A DNA stretch of 64,000 nt from Chrysomallon squamiferum (Eukaryota; Animalia; Mollusca): the NCBI GenBank assembly GCA_012295275.1, contig CM022667.1, positions 2,914,001 through 2,978,000 on the forward strand, in the 5' to 3' direction. Positions 26,260 through 64,000 of this stretch are shown here, piece by piece (within the stretch, counting starts at the first letter, position 1; every line of letters starts with the position of its first letter). Under the pieces are notes generated by a model. The model worked only from the letters and a program-made list of their open reading frames with translations. It ran no database searches and had not been told where the DNA came from. The position numbers and the translations under genes are program-made.

Positions 26260-29200
26260 GTAAGAAAGGTTTCTGGTAACATATACATATATTTAATATA
26301 AATGTTGTGTCTTATTTATAACACTATGATTTCATTAACCTCTCTGTGTTCCGGATACGGTCCCTGTTTGTCAAGCTTCTGTTGTAATAATTTTCTTCAA
26401 AAGTACGAACGAAATGGCGTTCAAAGGAAACTTTTTCCATTGTTGTCATGAATTAGATACCACAAAGTGTAATTACATGTGTATAGTGGTACTGTTTATA
26501 ATGAGTTAAATTTGTTTTTGACATATTTGCGTCGATGTTCATCTCAGTCTCATTTCATACACGTGCTGATGTAAACAGCATAAGAACACCGGGGTTACAA
26601 ATACCTTGTAAGCAGGGGACACTGACACACTTGAGTGCTTTTGTTCAATCTCAGATTAGCACCAGGTCAGACCGTAAACTCTTCATCTACGTGCAAAGCA
26701 GAAAAGCTGAACGCAGCAAAACGTCTTCTTTGTTTTATTACCGGGATAATAGACTTGTCTTTCATTTTCTTTATCAATTACAGGAATTTTTTTCCTTTAC
26801 AGTATACAATACGATCGACATAATTCCTACATCTTTGAACTCATGAAATGGTTCGGAAAAAAAAAAAAAAAAAAAATTGAAAAAAAAAAAGGCTATTAAT
26901 AAATGCAATATAAATGTTATGAATTTTCAAGGAAAAAAATAATGGGAAAGTATGGTCATAATGGTGTGTAATATATTTTTTCATTGAAACTGTCATTGAA
27001 ATATACAAATAAGCAGTACTGGGTACAGTACATCACTATATTTAGGTGATAATTAATGTTGTTGGCCAAAATAATATCAAATTGAAGAGATAAAAAATTA
27101 CACGCCCAATAGTAGTTTTTAAATTTTCATTAACTAAAAATTATTACATTTTTCTTTCATTAATATCATTTATGATACAGATTCTGTTTGATTTGTATTA
27201 AATATTACATCTGGTATTATCTGTGTTTTTATTTTATTTATTTTTTCTTTAGCTATTTTATTTTTTTATTTAATATAAATAATAAAGATTGATCACCCTT
27301 CTTCCAAATTAAATAAATAAATAATTTTAAAAATAATAATAAATAGAAAGTTTTTATTAATGATTTGTGTACATGGATATTGACACAGGGGGTATCAACT
27401 TCCATCAGTATGTTTTCTAATAGATAGAACCCCAGGCTTCATTTTAATATGATGTGCATATGAGATTTAGTATTTTAAGAAAACAGTTAATAACAAGATG
27501 TTAGAATGACCTAGGTAAATGATTTTTGATGGGGTAGAGTAAGCCTATGGTAAGTGATTATTCAAGCAACACACACACACACACACTCTTATTTAGTTTT
27601 AGCAAAGATGTTTTTACTAGAATAATATAAAATTTGCAGAAACCATTTAAAAAAATAGTGGATTTATAATACTTATGCAAACTGTATCAATTAGTTTTTA
27701 TAGTTTTTGATAGTAACTTGTTTTGTATATTTGTGTATATGTTTATATGTTAAAGATGATAATTATAAAAAGTTCCAAACTAGAATTTCTTTTGTAGTAG
27801 TAATAAGTCTAAACACGTTAGAAATATCTTTAAGTTAATATTTCATCATGTTATGTTAATTAAACTTGGTTAAAGTGAAATGTAAAATAAAAAGGCTACA
27901 TTAAATAGTTGGGAGGCTGCTGTTTATTGCATTTATTAGTCTAATTAAATTTAAAGTTTCTTCTCCTTGGGTTATGGAATACAAAATTTACGTTGCTTAA
28001 AACATAATGCCTAAAACAAACTAAAAAAAAACAAAAAACAACAACAACAGCAATAAAAAAACCTGTAAATCCACCATAAACTCAGAATATTGTAATGAGC
28101 TTTTCTGTTACTGATGCAAGATTGTCCAAAACAAAATATACTTAGAATATTTCAAAAGAATCATTTACTCCTATTGCTTTTGTTTCTTTTTCTTGAAAAT
28201 TTTATCTTTGTATTAAGATTCAATGTGAGAATAGACATATTTTTTATCTGACTATATATTTGAGAAGTTGTTACTTTGAGAACTTAGAAAATGTGAACAT
28301 TAGTGTTTTTTTCTGTACTGCCATTTGAAATAAAAGACAACTAAAATAAGGACACTGTGGATTATGAACATGAGTTTGAATATCATTTAACTGGGATGAC
28401 AGATAGAAAATAATATTAAACTGTAGCTACCAGATAATTCCAATGGCAGTTAATTTGTTCTTTTTGTTTTTAATCAGATATCGGGATTCAAATAACTTGA
28501 GATGAATACATCTGCTGATTAAAATGTAAACAACTTGGTGTTCTAGTAACCATTTTTACAGTGTTTTCAGTAAACAAAAAGATAAATGCAAGATGCTGAA
28601 TTAAAAAACCAAGTTATATAAATTGTTGTTCTTGTACCAAAAAAATTGATAACATAATATTTCTTCACTGCGTATGAAAAATAAGGCAAATTATGCTGGA
28701 TATGCAAAGAAAAGTTGTCTGCTTGAAGGGATCCAAAAGATATGATAAGAAACAAAAAAAGAATGGTGAATACACTGTTACTAGTGTATTTGTTAACTAC
28801 TCATTTTGCATTTATTGCTAAGCTTACTCGTGCAGTATACTGAATGCACTGAATTTCTTCCTTCTGTAGTTAAATTTAAAGCAAACCAATATGTATGTGT
28901 ATGGCCATTTGACCAGCTTCATTTTCATCTATCCACTCCAAAATGATAGCCACCAACAAATTTAAACAGTGTTTATACGATCTTCTAAATGTCATTAAAT
29001 TATTATTATTTTTACTAAGATGGAGAGAGTCAGGTTTTATAAGTTCTAAATGTCTGGCTATATTAATGCAATGATTTAAAGAATTTAAAGAAATCAATTT
29101 TTAAAATTTAACTAAATGCAAACTCTTTGCCAATGTACAATTGGATTTTTATAATTATATATATAAATAAAGAACAAAATTAACAAGAAACTAAACACCC

Positions 29201-29388
29201 AAAACAACAACAAACTTTCCAGCACAAAAATTGAATAATTATTTTGTTTTATTTTTTCAGGAACTGGTGGAACCATCTTCTGGTCCAACATCATACTACA
29301 TTAGCTATGGATATCAACTAAGAGAATTGCCGATTTAGGTGTGATATTGGCAGGAGAGAGTTCTTGTTGGATATCTGAAGTGCAGAAA

Positions 29389-61232
<31,844 letters not shown>

Positions 61233-62554
61233 AAAAAAAAAAAAAAAAAGTTAGCAAACAAATTCTCTTATAGATTACTTATGTAATGTTTTAAAACTTA
61301 AACATTGTTTTACAGAAAGTTTAAGCTGATTGTCTCAAAATGGTAATTTCCGTGACCAGATTGAAAGAACTGGACCCTCCTGTTGATTGGAAGAGAATGG
61401 GCACAGTCTGCATACTGACAGTATTAAAACTTAAAATGTGCCACAAGCCCTAGTCACAGAAATTTAACCCTTTCAGTTTCTGTCAGAAGTCGGTGAAGTG
61501 AAAATTTGAGATTGTAAATATGTCAGGTATAACATGTTAATTAGAATGTCTGTAGACTGCAGTGCACAACAGACTTGGACAATTGTGGTGTATTTTTGTT
61601 TGTTGTTTTGTTGGAGGTCACATTTTTTCCTGTGGACCATGTTTTTATACTTGAAAGATAATGTTGAAGATGATTGATTTGTTTAAAATTGATGGCAATA
61701 AATTTAGACATGAACAAGCTGCGGTTCCCAAAGATTTACATGAAAAATAATCTCAGGCTTTAACAAATCAGATTCCGATTTTTTAATCAACTGTTTCTTT
61801 TTTAAAAATGAAATCATGTTAACCAGTCAGATTATTATCTTTTTAAAACTATGAAATTCCTTTAATGAATTTTGCATTCATGAATATTGATTACTTTACT
61901 CTTTATTATTATTTTTTTTTTTTTTTTTTTATTCTTAATTTCACCAATTATAAATAAATAAACTGAGGGCTTATCAAATGTTTTGATAAAAAAAAAAAAA
62001 GATAAAACAAATTTTTTCTTTTTCTTTCTTTCTTCTAAATAGCATGTAAAAAGATTTTGGTTTTCTTGTTTACTTGTATTGATCAGTGTATTGTGAACAG
62101 TTTTTATGCTCCCTCAGAATTTTGTATCATAGTCGTTACTGTACAGTATACAAACAATTTACAAACAAGTCCTTGTGTTTTGGGGATTAATAAACAAAAA
62201 CAAAAATTTTAATCTCCCCAAAGACCCTACTAAAATGGATTCAGATCTCCAGAGTTTCGACAGGTTTTAAAACTTCACAGGGTTCTTTATATAGATTTTC
62301 ACATTACACTTGTTTTTCTTCCAGGTTCAGTCGTACATATCCTGCCTTGACACAAAGCTAAAATACCTCAGTAAAATACTGCTGTTTATAGTCTATGCAT
62401 CATTCGCTGAACTATTTAAAAAATTCCCAGTTTTACCTACATAAAGTTCTACAACTATTCCATACACTTTGTGGGTACTGTGTCAAGCAAACATTATAAT
62501 CTTTATAGGCTTGCATACTTTGTAATAGTCTTAGTTTCTTTATACAGTTATGCA

Positions 62555-62760
62555 GTAGTTACCATGGTTACTTTGTACAATGATTGTCACAGTAGTCATG
62601 GTTACTTTGTATAATGATTGTCTTGGTAGTCATGGTTACTTTGTATAATGATTGTCATAGTAGTCATGGTTACTTTGTGTAATGATAGTCATAATAGTCA
62701 TGGTTACTTTGAATAATGATTATGCAATAGGTGTCATGGTTACATTAAGGTGACCATGAT
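62555..62760 (+). repeat. 34-bp tandem repeat, 6 copies, downstream of the CHD stop (putative 3' UTR)
   Basis: Unit GTAGTCATGGTTACTTTGTATAATGATTGTCATA. CATGGTTAC recurs at 62563, 62597, 62631, 62665, 62699 and 62735. Confidence 0.9.
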
Positions 62761-64000
62761 TAAGCCATTTTGTATATCTTACATTGTGCCCTGCAGGTAT
62801 TTTCAGAAAATAATTCTAGTAATCACTGATTTTGATACTAATTATGGTTTTTAATTTTTAAATAATAGAAGAATTTCATTTTGTATAGTCTGTTAATGTT
62901 GAAATTATGGTAATTAGACTGAGAAGATTTAATTTAAATAAATGAGAATCTCATTAATTTTATTAATTATAGCAATTGTAATGAATAGCATCAATTACAG
63001 GATTTTAATTTTATTTTGGATAACATTTTCCTTGAAATAATGTTACATTAATTTTATTGAATTTTATCGTTTAATGATATTAAGATTCTGTTTTTGAATA
63101 ATAGTTTTTAAAAATTAACCAAAATAATAATCTGTTTTATTTGATTATCTGCAAGTGAAGAAAAAGTAATGAATTACTGCAAAATGAAGTAAAAATGAAT
63201 TTTTTTTTTTTAAAATGGGTTTTGTAATAACATGTTAACAGTGTAGAACTTTAAAAAAAAGTGCATGTATTTATTAACAACATACCTGTAGAGCAGGTTA
63301 ATTTTTATATTTCCTTTTTCTTTTCTTTTTTTTTTTCCTCTGACATTTTATAAACTTTTTACTACAGAATTATTCACACTAGATACCAAAACGTTTGATT
63401 TCAATGGATGAAATGTCATTAAAATTCTTATATATGATTACTGATTCAAACATATTCAAAAGTGTTACTTTTCTTTTTTTTAAAAGAAGAAACAAAAATC
63501 TCCATATTTCAATGATCTTGTAGACTTCCTTCATGACGAATGACATGAATTAGATTTGTGCTTTAGTTTCAGTTAACAAACAACCAAAACTAGTTTCGCT
63601 TTTCACTAACCTGTTACAAATAAAATCTTCAGAGTATGTTGATGTTCCCAGTGTGTAGACATTTGAGTTCATTGTGGTGAATACAGTCTGTATCATACAG
63701 TGTGTTGATTTGCAGCCCATATTAGGCTGAATATATATTTAACTTCATTCTGACTTACAATAATGGTGAATACACTTCAGATTTGATTTCTATCAGTTAA
63801 GACAATACCAACAGTTATTATTTAACCATAACTAGTTTTTAACACTAAATTCAATAACAGTTAATACACAACTATCTCACAATTGGTCAGTAAATAAAGA
63901 AATCTGATATTAGTTTCGGTTTCAGTGAATCTTTACAGACTGGGTGCGTTATTTGTAAATAAAGTTGTAGGTTGTCCAATAGCTGGCTTTGTACATTTGC

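Noticed and set aside
26535-26846. 103-aa ORF in CHD intron 1
   Set aside because: No recognisable domain or splice context. It lies in the CpG-retaining promoter-proximal region, where chance ORFs run longer.
62555-62760. Regularly spaced repeats as a CRISPR-like array
   Set aside because: Eukaryotic context, contiguous units with no unique spacers, and no cas genes.

Overview
AT-rich, intron-dense animal DNA with many microsatellites. It looks like an invertebrate, possibly a mollusc or other lophotrochozoan, but that is inference only. Three spliced genes were reconstructed by hand with consistent exon phases. (1) The 5' six coding exons of exocyst component 2 (EXOC2/Sec5) on the minus strand, running off the left edge. 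(2) A complete 8-exon, 212-aa Rab2 on the plus strand, head-to-head with EXOC2. (3) A complete CHD6-9/Kismet-type chromatin remodeller on the plus strand: 45 coding exons, about 3459 aa, with a Q-rich N-terminus, 2 chromodomains, SNF2 ATPase and 2 BRK domains. Rab2 intron 3 carries a 675-bp non-autonomous Tigger/pogo element. The most interesting signal is a cluster of six related box C/D snoRNA-like genes in the CHD introns. Three carry an antisense element that predicts 2'-O-methylation of U6 snRNA A53, like human SNORD8/SNORD9, which sit in CHD8, and show a covarying internal hairpin. The other three form a derived orphan family with an invariant 24-nt core and no target I can identify. Also noted: Rab2-CHD microsynteny matching human RAB2A-CHD7 and RAB2B-CHD8, several strongly structured intronic segments (one with two U6-complementary tracts), a tandem array of duplicated splice donors in EXOC2, and a 34-nt stem-loop array downstream of the CHD stop. 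Most ORFs in the supplied track are low-complexity artefacts or exon fragments.
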